A stretch of DNA of 64,000 bases from Gnetum montanum (lineage: Eukaryota; Plantae; Gnetophyta), in NCBI GenBank assembly GCA_015680685.1, contig MNCI01000556.1, positions 1,641,634 to 1,705,633 of the forward strand, read 5' to 3'. The notes beneath the pieces were generated by a model, which saw only the letters and a program-made list of their open reading frames with translations, was not told where the DNA came from and made no database searches. The first letter of the stretch is position 1; the number at the start of each line of letters is the position of its first letter. The position numbers and the translations under genes are program-made. This document shows, one piece after another, positions 13,626-27,242 of the stretch.

Positions 13626-13828
13626 AAAAAAAACCAACAAATGATGAGGATTCAAAGCACACCCCTTGGACAAAATCAATGTGCAAACACGTGGGTCTTT
13701 AAATGGTGTGATTCATAGTAAAAAAAACCAACAAATGATGAGGATTCAAAGCACACCCCTTGGACAAAATCAATGTGCAAACACTTGGGTCTTTAAATGG
13801 TATGATTCATAGTAAAAAAAAACCAACA
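13626..13828 (+). repeat. 94-bp tandem duplication (2 copies plus partial)
   Basis: CCAACAAATG at 13634 and 13728; two substitutions between copies. Confidence 0.9.
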
Positions 13829-14633
13829 TGTAAATTCAAAGCACACCTCTTAGACCATCTATAAAGGGCTACAAGCACTAGGGATGGGACTTGTCTTTTC
13901 CCATCTCACTCAAGCCCTTTCTCACTTCCTATGTCTCACCCATGTTGGAATCGTGGTTTTTTTATGATAGCACTCTTGTGTTTCAAGGGATAGACTAGCC
14001 TTAGAATGTTGATGTGAAGTCATTGAATGTGGTTGATTTTGGTCTAGATTAAGGATGGATCCTACCGAGTCACTTAATCATGAACTTCATAGGGGATTTC
14101 ATGTGACCATGATTCAGAATTCCATTTCACACATTCTGTTTCCTTCCTCAATATCTCTTCATTATTCACCTCACTACCCATTTTATGTTTTGATCATTTG
14201 TCTTGGCTTGCTAGAACTCGTAAATCCTTTGGTTAGTTCTTGTGGGTGTGAGTCATAACTTTCACTAGTCATTAATTAATCATGGGGCCCATGGACTCCT
14301 ATGTTGACAATGTGCAAGGGCACATAAGGCTGAAGCCTGCTATGGGGAGGACTCACTTGCTCATCCTTTGGTCTCGATTGTTAATCTCCTACCTCATTGA
14401 TATAGTTGGTTGACCATTTCGATGTTGTCCATCATGCCGCTCTTCATCCACCAAGTTCCCTATTATGAAATTCTTCTCACTCTAACTCTTATTTGGACAC
14501 TAACATTCCTTCCTTGTGGTTTCATCGTGTTCTCGAGTCTCTTAGATTTCTCCTATCTCCATTCTTATGCCAAAACTTGTAGATTTGGGCCTTTAAATCC
14601 TCAATCAATGGTGGTCAAATTAGCTGAATAGTT

Positions 14634-14725
14634 ATGTCGACGCAGCCCCATATATGCAGCAACCTATGTCAATGCAGCCCCATATATGTGACCCCATAGA
14701 TGTAGTTCCTAAACCCCTATATATA
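14634..14725 (+). promoter_or_regulatory. Putative internal promoter of the element A extra ORF (CGTCGACG-derived array + TATA)
   Basis: TGTCGACGCAGCC, TGTCAATGCAGCC and related copies, then TATATATA at 14718-14725. Candidate 5'-UTR intron GT14873..AG15076 ends at the ATG. Confidence 0.55.
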
Positions 14726-15076
14726 CACATGTTATTCCTTAGAATGTTGTCCATTTGCTCATAATACTAGGGGAGTTTTTCAAGTTTTTTGCATCCAATC
14801 TCCTTCTCGAGCACATTACCATCCTACCACTTATCCACATCTACATGTTTGTTTACTATTTTTCTACCAGAGGTATGCTCTACATCGTGGGGGCCTAGGG
14901 TTCATCAAAAACAAACATCAAAACTTAAATTCATCCTAGGGTTAATCAAATCACCACCTTAGATCAAACAACATATACATGTCACTATCATAGCCAAGCC
15001 ATTATGAGAAGGTATCTTATTGCCATTTTGGGGAAACACGCATACATTTTAGTTCATGATTATGCTATGACTGTAG

Positions 15077-17922
15077 ATGGCATAGAAACCAAGACATATG
15101 AGGGAGGAAGGACCATCACAACATTGGGAGAAGCAACCTAGAATTTGACAGGATGAGGCATGTGACCTCAAGAGCACACAGAGGGCTCACATGAAACTAG
15201 CCTTCTCTATGAGGAACCTGCTGTGGAATCTATTTGTCAGATTCCTAAAGAAGAGGTCACGATAGAATAGTTGCATGGGGATGAGACTCCAACAAGAGTG
15301 CCAAGGCTTGTGGTCATCTTGACTAGGGATTTCTTGGACACTATTAAGCCAAAAGAGCTACAACGAATGGTCCTTCAATATTTGAACTTTGGACCATTCC
15401 TAGAAAGTGCACTAGAGGAAGTCAAAACTTAGTTTTAGAATTCTCCCATGTGGCCAATCATCACATTTAGTGGTGAGTGGTACTTGGGGTAAACTGATCT
15501 CTTCTAGAAAAATTGGTAGTTGGGGTTGTAGGTAAGAATCAAAGACATTCATGTATCTTACTCCATAGAGGCAATTGCACAAGCCCTTGGGTTGCCTAAG
15601 ATCGAGCCTGATGTGGCAGAAATTTCAAAACAAGTAGACCCTGATGTGAAAGCAGAGTGGACCAGGTGATGTTATGGGGTGTACTACAAAGATTTTGGCA
15701 CATTGACCACCACAAAATGCGTCTACTCTAAAATTGCATCTTACCACTGAAATCCAATAATAAGACCTAGCAAAGTCACCACCTTCTCTACTCCCACATG
15801 TACCACCTTAAGTGGGAAATTTCTCATTAACCTTCCATAGTTACTCTTCTTGAAAATTGAGAAATGGTTCATAGAAAATGAGCATGGAAGGCAAGCTCTA
15901 CCCTTACTATGCAAATGGGCAGGGATAGCCCGATATGCTAATGGCATACTCCATCATGATCCAATTTCCTTATGGTGTGAGATGATCAAAGAGAAAACCC
16001 CCACCACAAAAAGAATGGAGGAAGAGCAGCCACCACCTCCACCATCCACACAAGCAATAGGGTTGGGCTCGTGCACAATCACAGAGCACACAAACAAGAT
16101 CTGACAGTCGCTCCTATTCCAGTAGGAACAACAAGTGGGAAGCAATGGTGGTGGAGACCCTTCGTTCAGTGTACCATCCTACCTTAAGCTATCTAGAGCA
16201 AGTGTCTTGATCTATGAGCCTACTAGAGAGGGTAGGACCGATGCTTTCAATTGCACAAACACAAGTGCCCGCGAGAGTAGACCCTAACACCGAGGAAGTA
16301 ACTATGTCAATGACTCAAAAAATTTTCCTAGAAATTTTAGGAAATGCTGCTACCTTCTTGGTGTGCTTAGAGGAGGATGAAGGAGCAACTGTCTTGGTAA
16401 TGCAGCACTAACAATAGGAAGTCACGGTAGAAGTAGTTGACAATATAATCCCCATGGCTCTCAATGCGCCTGTGGCACCTGTACCAAATGTACATGGGCT
16501 TAGAGATGTGTAGACATCTATAGGGACTCAGAGTGCTAAACTCAGTGTAGCATAGCATGAAGAATTATTGGACTAATTGATGGAAATCAGGAAACCACTT
16601 CCAAATGTCTTTAACCTTCTAGACAACATCACTGCAACCTAGTCAGAGCTACTCTCAGCAAAGGGTAAGTTCCTCATCATAGAGGAACAACTTGAAGTAG
16701 CTCAGGTAGACAACCAATTCTTGGTTGTAGAGGTTACTCAACTAAGAGCCCAACTATATGACCCAACTATACTTAATTGTGACCTCACCAAAGATGAAGC
16801 TTTTCAACAACTTCAAACCAAGCTTCAAATAGTTGAGTACAAGCAAGAGTTGGTGATCTTCAAAAAGTCCTTAGTGGAAGCCCATTATTATTATTTAAAC
16901 AAGGACTTGGTAGAGGTTCACTAAGAAAATTTTTGGTTGACCACTAAAGTTCATTGTCTGTGCGATGTTGGTCTCAAAAATCAACACATGCAAGATTTTA
17001 TCTTCCAATAGCAGGAGGAGCTAACTAGGATAAACATCGATGTAAGGAGATTAGCTATTAGGAATCATAATCTGTCAATGAAGGAAGTTTGAGCCTTATG
17101 ACAGAAGACAACCATTGAGATCTCCACTTAGAAGAATGAGGCCCTTAGGTTTGAATGGGTGAAAAACCACTATAGGGACCAAGTGGGGCTGCAAAAAAAA
17201 ATTAATGTAAAAGAAATCCAGATCACAAAGGCTAGGATGAATCAAGCCCTCCAACAACTCAAGGAAGGAGGCTAGGTGTGGAAACCCATATTTTATGGGT
17301 TAAACACCTACAACCAAGCTGAGATTCATCTCAAGGAGCTACAGATTGAAGAAATGATAGAATACATGAAACTAGCCAACCTCTGTTATGCAAACCTAGC
17401 CATGCTTATAGTTGGGAGGTCAAAGTAAAACCTCAAGAAGTAGGTGGCCACCTCATATTTGTTATACGAGGGTGAGTTCAAGGCACATAAGGGGATAAAG
17501 AAAAATCTGAAAACCATAAATGTAGAACTCAAAGTTCTTCACACCCACTTTGAAGGGCAACAATCTGTTGTAGAGAACTTGGCCCAATTAACAGATGACT
17601 ACCAACAGCTATAAGCATTAGTTTAAGTGTTTGAAATTGAAAAAAAAAACAATTTGTAGCATGGTTCATCAACTTAAAAGAGCTCTTCCCTATGCTTCCA
17701 TGTCCATGGAATGTTCCTATTCTGGCACACATTGGTAAAGGCGCTTAGACCATGAACAACCCTAGAAGTAAAGAAGAAAAAATGAGGGCTTTGTTGGAAG
17801 CTTTACAATTTCCTCTAGAAGTTTTAATAGCTTTAGGAAAGCCACAAGCATCACCTCAACAACCACATGCACCTGAAGTTGGTGAGGGCTCATCAGAACC
17901 ACCGCTACCAAGCATAGTATAA
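15077..17922 (+). pseudogene. Extra (env-like) ORF of element A: Transposase_32-like domain plus long coiled coil, decayed
   Basis: Homologous to the element B ORF: SPMWP...WYLG, KIEKWFIENEHGRQALPLLCKWAGI, heptad-rich C-terminal half. Confidence 0.75.
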
Positions 17923-18159
17923 CCTTCTTCAGTAGCTTTAGCAACTTGGTAGGGTTGTGCATCCATTGTTATCAAGGTGTTTGATTTTGTTGTCCATGAA
18001 TACCATACTTTTGTAATTCCTTCCATAGACTCAAGCACTTGGTTTATTGTTAAAGTCGATAGGTATCTTATGATGTTTTGCTATGTGTGTCACTCATCAC
18101 CTCATACCTTCCAAATTGTAACAAACTCAAGGAAGAGTTTTCACTTAGTCATGGGGGTA

Positions 18160-19049
18160 TGATGAATCATTCAGTAACTATGTTAGCTAGGTCATGTTGA
18201 TGAAGCCTCATTAACGCAGTTGCATTGAAATGACCCCGTCAATGCATCTTTTCAAGCATTGATGTGGCCTCATTGATGTAGAGTCCATTTCCTGCTACAA
18301 ATATGCATGCACCTACTACATTTATGGCATCTCTTGTTCAAATTGTATCGAAGCTCTTGTAGTTTTCCCCTATGAAAGTTAGAATATTTTCCAAGTACCT
18401 ATAGTAGGAGTTTGAAGAGTGTACAACTCTTTATTTGACCACTAATGTACCTGAGCTATTGGCATGACTGACAATAAAGATGAGCTTTTTGAAAAATTCT
18501 TGTAGCATTTGGATTAAACTACTTAAGTGTTAAAATATTATAATATTTTAATAATTTTAGAAGCTTTTATTATGATTATCTCTTTACAGTTCCAATCCCT
18601 ATTATAGTTTATGAGAACCATAAGAATGACCATCTCAAACATATATCTAACACTTAGCAACCCAGTGATGCCTAACATCTAGCAACCTAGTAGTGGTTTG
18701 GACATGCTCAGAATGTGCACAGAGGATGGGATTAGTTGTTTATGCAAGGATAGTTAGGCAATAGAGTAGAGAAATCATAAAATTAGGTAGTCTTTCATTA
18801 TCTACACTAGAAGAATTAGACGTTAAAGATAAGAAGAAAACACATGAAAATCATATCCCTTAGTCTCACTTAACCATCATGTGAGAATGTCATAGGTGAG
18901 GTTGAGAGGACAACAACCATTATAAATTGATGTTTTTCTAGCTAGAATTTCATGTATATAAGTGCCTGCAATCTTCAGAACTCAATTGGGTCACACGTAA
19001 ACGCTGGTGATTCATATGGTTGGGCATAGGGATACCTCGCCGCTCATCA
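18160..19049 (+). repeat. 3' LTR of element A (890 bp)
   Basis: Preceded by the PPT, followed by TSD GGTAG. Confidence 0.95.
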
Positions 19050-20326
19050 GGTAGTTACCACAACTAGACCTAAGAGTTTGGTTTAAGAATTTTGAGGTGA
19101 CAAGTATAATCCTAAGTCTTAAAATAATGGCAATAAGGTTTTTTTAAGATTTAATTATTATTTTATTTTAGCACACATAATAAGAAAATTTAAGCATTGA
19201 TATATATAAAATTGTAAGTCCAAGTGAGATGAAATTTATACCATTAGAATCATCTTGATGAGTACTACAAGTTGGCTATGGTAGTAAGGTATAAAATAAT
19301 AATTTGAATTTCTAAGATTTTAAGGAACCAAGATATCTTATTTTTCCAAATTAACATTCCTAGGTTGACACATAAAATAAATGATGACTTCTAGATTACT
19401 TTGATAATTATAAATTATATCCTAATTCCTAAATGCAAAACATAATACTTTTACCTTATGATTTGGAGACCATGGTATATTCTTATCCTCTTACATCAAG
19501 ACTATGTACCAAGTATTAAGGATAAGCAATACATCACAACATTATCTCTCAAGCACTCATTTCTATATGAATCTCATAGAAATAAACCTTTATTGGTTAA
19601 TTAGGAATGAGACAATATTCTGACAAGGATGAATTCCTTAAATTTACCAATACATGAGTCCTAGGTAATATGAGTATTACCAAGTTTATAGGAGTAAGCT
19701 ATTTAGGACACTAATTTTAAACAAGACCAAATTAACTCAAGGCATAGTTGCTAACCTTCTAGAAGGACCTTAATGATTACCTAAATTGATTACATTCTAA
19801 CACTAATATAACATGGATAAGATTTACTTGGATTAATATTTTACCAATTTTTCTTGCAATTCATGTACCTTGGTGAGGCATAGTTAGATTTCCTAATTAC
19901 TAATATCCTTGAATGAATCTTGGTTGGTGAGGTTCATGTTCAACATGATACACTTTATAGTTCTTTTATAGATGTATGGATCATCTCATACATATGACAT
20001 ATTTGGTGCTAGTCTATGGCTCTCCTTGGATCTTGGCTCCGTGGTTAATCATCAAGTTGTAGCTGCTCCATGATTATGATTATCCTTTGGATCATGGTTT
20101 GCTTTAACACTAAATGTGACATGTTGCTCCTACATGTCATGGAAGAAACCAAATATATGTTTTATTAGACATTATGAAAAAGGAGATAATATACTACACA
20201 TCAAATATATGCAATATTTGACACTATGTGTAAGGAAAATATTAAGGAAAATGTAGAAGAAAAAAATGCTATATTGATGCAAAATAGTGTATTTGGATCA
20301 TTCTTTGATAGTGCTCATTAGGGTCT

Positions 20327-21451
20327 TTTTTTGACCTTTTGATATGTTAAAACGTTAAGAAAAATGGACTACAAGGATGTTTATGTGATTTCTATGTTTA
20401 CACAAGCAAGGGAAAAGGACTCATAAGAAAAGTCAGGATCACAAGAAGTTAAGGGAGCATGGATGAATATGAAGAATTCAAGAAAAACATGTCTATTTTT
20501 ATTGAAGATGATTCCTAGACGTTTTGGCATATTTTAAAATATTTTCACTCATTTTAATGAGTCTAGGAGGCTATAAGGTCTATGGGAACCTATTTGGAGG
20601 CATCCAAAGGCTCCTACATTAAAAAAAGTAGTTTCAATTCTAGCCCATATAGAAGAGAAGTCTTTTTAATTCCAAAGATGTCTTCCAAAAATAGTAGACA
20701 TCTTTCTAATGAGAAAGAAATATTTCTAGAATAAAGGCCTGATACAACAAGACTTCTTCATTTTGAAGAAGAACTCAATAACTATTGCACAAATTCTGAG
20801 GTAACTTTGGAAATATATTAGCTATAAAAAGACTTTACTTTCATTGGGAAATGTGAAACATTTATGTACTATCAAGTGTCATTGTCAAGAAATCATTATA
20901 TATATCATTCTCTTGTTATTATTCCTCATTGTACTATCTTTTGTCTTTTATAATTGGTCAAATTGTGTTGTACCTCAAAGTAAAAGGACAAACAAACCTA
21001 GTTGCATTCTTTCCTTATAATTATTATTCTCTATTGTTGGCTTGTGGGGTTGATGTGATTCTTGTAGGAAGGAATCTTGGTTAATTTTATCAATATCCTA
21101 TGGGATTAAGTATTGGTGTAGCACCACAACACTCTCGAGTGGAGCTCAAGTTGTAAAGGTTGTGTCATCCTAGAAACCATATTCTAAGCTTTTCAAGACC
21201 TTGTGGGGTTGACTGGATTTGTAGTGTTGAATCACTCTAGAGTGGAGCTTAGATCTTGTACAAGGTTTGGTACCCTTCAAACCATATTTTGAAAGGAAAA
21301 AAGTATGGAGGTGTGCTTGCAAACTACCCTCCAAGTGTGGACTACCCATGTTTAGGAACCATGTTAAATTTTGTATGTATGCTTTGTCTTAATGATTTTA
21401 ATTTGGGAAACATATTCATCCCCACCCTCATTCTAAGTTTCATGAACCTCA
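20327..21451 (+). mobile_element. Sirevirus-family solo LTR
   Basis: Reverse-complement homolog of 3183-4254 (GACCTTTTGATATGTTAAAAC... to ...ATTCATCCCCACCCTC...CA). The 5' end is degraded and no clean TSD was seen. Confidence 0.8.
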
Positions 21452-21809
21452 TTTTCTTCCTTTGGAATCTATCCCTTAGAGGCAATCTAGCACTACCACC
21501 ATGGTTAGGCCTACAACTAGCCGGAAGGGATAGTCACTTCTCTTCCTGTCTCACTTGACCTAACACTTGTTACTCACATTTTACCAGCTCTACAATTTCA
21601 TGCTAATATGACCTCTAAGCTTGGGTATAAATATCTTAGGTAAAAACCCCAAAGGTCACATTAAGAGACATGTTAATTATTATAACATGCTCTTTTAGGT
21701 CTTAATTACAACTTCCCTTTTGAATCTTCTTATGATAATGATAACATTTATTATGAAGAGGCACCATCTTTGTTATGCAATAGTAACTTTTGGAAATGAG
21801 GACATTACA

Positions 21810-24670
21810 TCTAATTTATTAGATCTAATGTGATGTAAATAAAATTATTTCTTACATTCTAGATTAGACCATGACTATGGTAAAATAGTTTGCTTAAATA
21901 GTTGGAAAATATTCTTAGGATTCTTTTGCACATCCTTCAAGAAATATTCCAATTTCTCAACCATCGCATCCCTTGAAGTAACAAATTGTGATCTTGGAAA
22001 TCCTTAAGAACTAGTTTAGAAGATTTGCCTTTCCTTAACATAGGCAATATATAAGTGTATGTAATGAAATAACATGAAGCTTCTACATATAAAGATTATA
22101 AATCATATTTACACAATAACATTGACCAAGATATTAATATCTTCACTATTAACTCATCAAGAAGAAAAAATTTTTATACTCTTTTGATATCTTTCCAAAG
22201 TTTGGAATTGAGTCTTGGTCCCAAAAATAACATATCCATATAATCTAGTAGGATGAATGATAGTTTGAAAAATTTATTTTTTGACTTTCTAAGCCCAAAG
22301 TCCTAAACCCATAAACTTGCTTATGAAAGCATACAAAGCCTTGAAACCTTTGCTATTCTTTCATTAATACACTTCCCTCACATGTAATTGTTCATATAAA
22401 TGTGATCCAAATATTTAAAATAATATACTATTTTCACCTGCAAAATAGAAGTTATAATATATATTTCTTGTATTCTATATTATCAATTTGATTTTATTCA
22501 CATTTACTCAAATACTAGATGACTAGCACTAATATTATAAAATTTGAAACATATTTTGCATACCTACTACAATAGTGGATATTAAGACAACATCATATAT
22601 ATACAAATAAATATTCCTTGTGAGGAGCCGCAATATCGCATGGGCCATGATACTGCATACACAATATCGCATCAGCCCTTACAATATCATGTATGTGATA
22701 TCGCAGCATGTCGCTAGTTCTATAAATAAGAGGTGGCTTTCCTTTGTTCACTCATCTAGATCTAGACCCTTAGCTAAAATTTGGTATTTTTACCATTTGA
22801 GAGAGAATTATTTCCATGTGCCCGCAGTAGGAGTCTCAAAGTGAATAGATCTTTATTCGAGAAAATTGTACCTGAGCACACATTTGTGTACAGAAATAAA
22901 GACGAACTTTCTGAAAAACCTTGCAACATGTGGACTAAGCTAAATAGGATTTCATTACTATTAAATGTTTAATTTCTTTCCTAGATAATTAAATCTCTTT
23001 CAACCCTTAACTCTCCTAGTTAAGTGCATTTAGTATGACCTCTTTGAGCACGTGTGTAATGCTTGGTAACCTAGTAACGGATAACGTTTGGTAATCCCAG
23101 TAGCGTTGCACTAGTTCAGGGTGTGTGCAGCACGTGGGAATGGATACTGGTGCTAGGATAATTATAACTTAGTTAATATAAGTTAGTCACTTAGTCTCTT
23201 CACCCTCTCCCTATTAGCATAGGCGTTAAAAAGATAAAAAGACATAAAAATCACATACCTCAGACTTACTTAACCATACAACCGTGACAATACAAGTTTG
23301 GGAGGAAAATGATTGATTAATCTTAAGTGTTCCATAAGGCACATAAGCACTTAGTCCTTAGAGTTCGACCGGATAACATGTGAGATGCTCGTATTTGTAT
23401 GGTTAAGTGTAGGGGTACCTTGCCACTCATCACCTTGCTTGAAATCCAATTTTGATAACATGATTATCTTTCCCATTGCATAATCATTCTTGTATTTTAT
23501 TAATAAATGTACCAAAGAGAGTTAGAGAAGTGAACAATCTTACTCGACTTCAATTTTTCTCTAGAATTAATTTTTTTTTAAATTACTATTTGCAGTTTCA
23601 ATAATTACTTCCTCATACAATCTTTGAGTTGTTGTATTCAAATCAAAGGAGGCTAATTTTAAATAAACATAATCATAGTTTTATATAAACAATAAAATCA
23701 TATAATTTTACAAAATTATGGAATAAATACAAACCTTTTATTGTTATGCTAGTGGACTAATTTTATGTAAAACTTGCTTAATACTTTGTCTCAACTTGGT
23801 TAACTACAACTCAAGAATTGATTCTCTTTTCTAATAAATTATCTAAAAATTTAGAAAAAATATTATTCAAAACCATTATTTGATAATTATTCAAATTATT
23901 TTTATTTCACTTTTTATATAACAAAATAACCTTACTAGTTTTCTAAAGTTAATGTAATCCTTGAACCATTATTGAATTTAATTTGTGTCAGATATTTCTA
24001 TGAATAGTAGGTCTTGCTCACTTTAATAATTTTTCATATCAACCATATGAATCCATAGCTTTATCATATGCTAGATTTTTAATACACTCTATAACTTTAT
24101 TAAGTGTAAATTAAAGAGATGCTTGTTGTATAATAGTAGTAGAATTATCATCTTCTCTTATAAATAAAATGAAATGAAGCTTTATTATGTTCAAAGACCC
24201 ATAGGATCTATTAGATAGATATTACATTTTCATGAGAAATAAAAATAGACTCTACAAAATGACCAAGCATCAATGGGGACATCAAAGACAAATCATACAA
24301 GCTTTTTGCTATAATAGTATAATACTACCTAAAATTAGTAGTTATAGCATAAGAAACAAACACATGTAACTCAACTTCAAGGGCTCTTGATATACATAAC
24401 CTACAAATACGCTCTTCTTAAAGTAGTTGAATCCATCTTCCACTTTCAATTTTGAGATGATAAGAACATAAGAGAAGCTTTCTAATGACATTTTGATACT
24501 TGATGGGAATAGTAGCTAAGAGATAGTGAGATTCTACATCTAGTTTATTAGATCTAATGTCATGTAAATAAAATTATCTTATACCTTTTACATTATTCCA
24601 CATTTGTGTTAAACCATTTTCTTGACTAGTTGGTGAATATGCTTAGGATTGTATTGTGCAACCTTCCAAA
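21810..24670 (-). mobile_element. Highly decayed non-LTR (LINE) reverse-transcriptase remnant(s)
   Basis: Minus-strand relics in correct order: SISLI (~24110), QGCPLSPTLFG-like (~23500-23548), YADDVVL-like IYDVVLIST (~22580-22605), KYL (~22410). Confidence 0.55.
22621..23432 (+). mobile_element. Athila-type solo LTR (812 bp), GCGATATCGC motif family
   Basis: TGA...TCATCA termini, perfect TSD CCTTG, homologous to the LTRs of elements B and C. Confidence 0.92.
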
Positions 24671-24765
24671 AGACACTTGATTTGGAAGCTCTAGGTCATG
24701 GGTTTGATTCCCTATAGTTGGACTAGATATCTTGGGGTGTTCCTATATTTCACTTATTTTGAGCT
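24670..24765 (+). mobile_element. 5'-truncated tRNA-derived SINE-like remnant
   Basis: B-box-like GGTTTGATTCC at 24701-24711; homologous to 38811-38930. Confidence 0.45.
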
Positions 24766-26031
24766 CTAACACCCACCAACTTTGGGATAACTTTTTATGA
24801 AAACTTTTTTTTATTTCTATTTTTTGTTGTTTGAAAGGGCCACCACTTGAAGTCATGGTAAGGTACTTCTTTTTCAAGTCATACAATTTAACTTTGGCCT
24901 TGGTGTAGCAACTTGAAAGATGCTAGACATTGCACATCCATTTACCATCACTTTCATGATTTGAGCATTGAGCCTCTATGTGATGATTCTTTTTATTTTT
25001 TGTTGTTTGAGAAAAAAATTGATTTACAAAAAAAACTATATATGATAATGTCAAGACTCTAGTAAATCATTCTTAATTTTTAACTCTTTAATAAATTCAA
25101 TTTCTTCATGAGAACATAAAAGAAAATCAATGCAAGAGTTTCCTAGAATCTCTTTAAAAGTAAATGATGAAGATTAAGAAAATTTAGCAAGGCCATTGCA
25201 AATAATAAAATAAAAAATTTATCCATTCTAATTGTTGTTAACCTATTTTATTAATAGTGTCATGTAGAAAATTTAGTTCAATTGTAATCTTCAATATTGT
25301 CTAAATTCTTAGAAATTAAGTTGTCATTTAATAATTTTTGTTTTGTGGAAATATATACTTGAATAATGTTTCAATGTAGAAATCATAATCATTTCTTCAT
25401 TCTAGACATAGTTAAACATAAAAAAGGATATGATAACTTCTACCATAAGTACAAAGACATTATTTAGTACTTTTATTATTTAACATGCCATCAAATATAT
25501 TTAACAATTATGTATTTTTTAAAAAAACTCAAACTTGTTAGACTAATGCCTACTTATAAAGCAATGGAAAATGTATTTTTGAAACTAGAACCTAAATATT
25601 TACTTACATTGAGAACCCTTTGGTTCAAAATTTCTTTTATAGAATTTTCTATCCAACGAGAGTAAGGTTGAGTATGGGCAACTAGTATCTTGCAATCATA
25701 TATGAGAAATTTAGCTATGGCATGCTAGGAAATCAAACTAGGGCATATTGGAAAATTAAACTAAAATATTCCAAAAAATTAATAAGGTGAAGGTGAGAAA
25801 TTAGGTCAATCAAACAAAATTTAACAAATTTTAGAGCACTTCCTTCAAAATTAGGGCTACCACCTTTAAAATTACAACCACTACATCATTCTAATAGGAA
25901 CATAAATATCTAAATTTGAAACTCTAGAAAGTGAATAGAGAAAATATACATATGTTTTAGGTAGATAGCACAAAGCTTGCATGAAAATAGGGCTAAGAAT
26001 AGAAAAGTTTGGATGATGTAGTAGTGACCAA

Positions 26032-26133
26032 GAGCAAACACCTTTAATATTTTGATCAAAGTTACTACCTAGGAGCAAACACCTTCAATCTTTTGATCAA
26101 AGTTACTACCTAAGAGCAAACACCTTCAATCTT
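26032..26133. repeat. 41-bp tandem repeat (2.5 copies)
   Basis: GAGCAAAC at 26032, 26073 and 26114. Confidence 0.9.
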
Positions 26134-27242
26134 GTAAATAAAGTAAGTAGGAGTTCATGGTGGAGTGTGGACAACCAAAGCATGTTAGAGTATGGGAAAC
26201 TTGCTTGTAGTATATTATAAATTTCCAATATAATTGTTCATTATAATAAAGCTTAGTGATGAGTGGCGAGGTACCCCTACACTCAACCATACGAATACGA
26301 GCATTTTCACGTGCGATCCAGTCGAACTCCGTAGACAGACTAGTTGTGGCATCTGGATAGTTATCCTTAGGTCACAGTTCACTATCTTCCCACCTGAACT
26401 AGTATTATCTTTGTCATATATTATTTAGTCTAGAGTGAGGTGTATGATAGGTTCCTAATCTAATGCTACTCTTGAAGGCAATGGAAGGTAATATTAACTA
26501 TGCTAAGCTAGGAGAGAAAGGGTAAGAGGATCTAATCTACCCTAAGTGTGATGAGCATCCATTCCTTGATCATCCGTACACATCTTGGACTTCGTGCATG
26601 ACTACCACAGGGATTACCAAGTGCAGATCCTAGGTATGCCACTGGGTTACCAAGTAATCACACTTAAATGCTCGTAATCAGGTCGTACTCATTTCGTGGT
26701 TTAACATGAGATAAGGGTGAGAGAGACTAATTAGAAAAGTAGTAAATAAAAATTAAATAAATAAACTAAATGCTACAATGATGAAGTAACCTCGATCTTT
26801 ATTTCTAGTCATGTGCATGTATAAGTATGTCACACTCGAATAAAGGATGTCATACAATTACATTCACCACATTGCGGGCAGACACTGGAAAATAATCTAT
26901 CTCTAGAGGGAACAAACTGCTAGAGTTTAGCTACAATCTAACCTATCGATATATAAACAAGGGAGAGCCACTTCTTATTTATAGACATTACGGTGGACTG
27001 TGATATCGTATATGTGATATCGCAAGGGACGATGCAATATCACGTATGTTATATCACGGCCTATGCGATATAACATCCCATCATACCCCCACTACTGAAT
27101 GAAAAATCGTCCTCAAGTTATAGTGATTACATAGTGGATAGGTATGGGATTATTAGATGAAAAAATGGAATGATGTAGTGTGGGAAGAAAACAAAATAAA
27201 GACACAACACAAAGAATGTACTATATTACAAAAATTTGAAAC

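Larger units (their letters stand above)
5861..19049 (+). mobile_element. Full-length Athila-type Ty3/gypsy LTR retrotransposon (A), 13.2 kb, decayed
   Basis: LTRs 5861-6751 and 18160-19049 (TGATGA...TCATCA), perfect TSD GGTAG. Decayed tRNA-Asp-type PBS at 6752-6770, PPT at 18145-18159. Order gag-PR-RT-RH-IN-extra ORF. Confidence 0.95.
4255..21809 (-). mobile_element. Chromovirus-family host element (5' LTR 21809-20115, PBS, long leader 20100-19055 and 5860-4255) fragmented by three later insertions
   Basis: LTR TGTAATGTC...ATGTCACA on minus, then decayed PBS TAGTGTTAAAGC and AAACCATGA as at 47180-47200. The LTR rejoins across the Sirevirus solo LTR. The leader continues across the GGTAG TSD and resembles 48250-48600. 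Confidence 0.6.
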
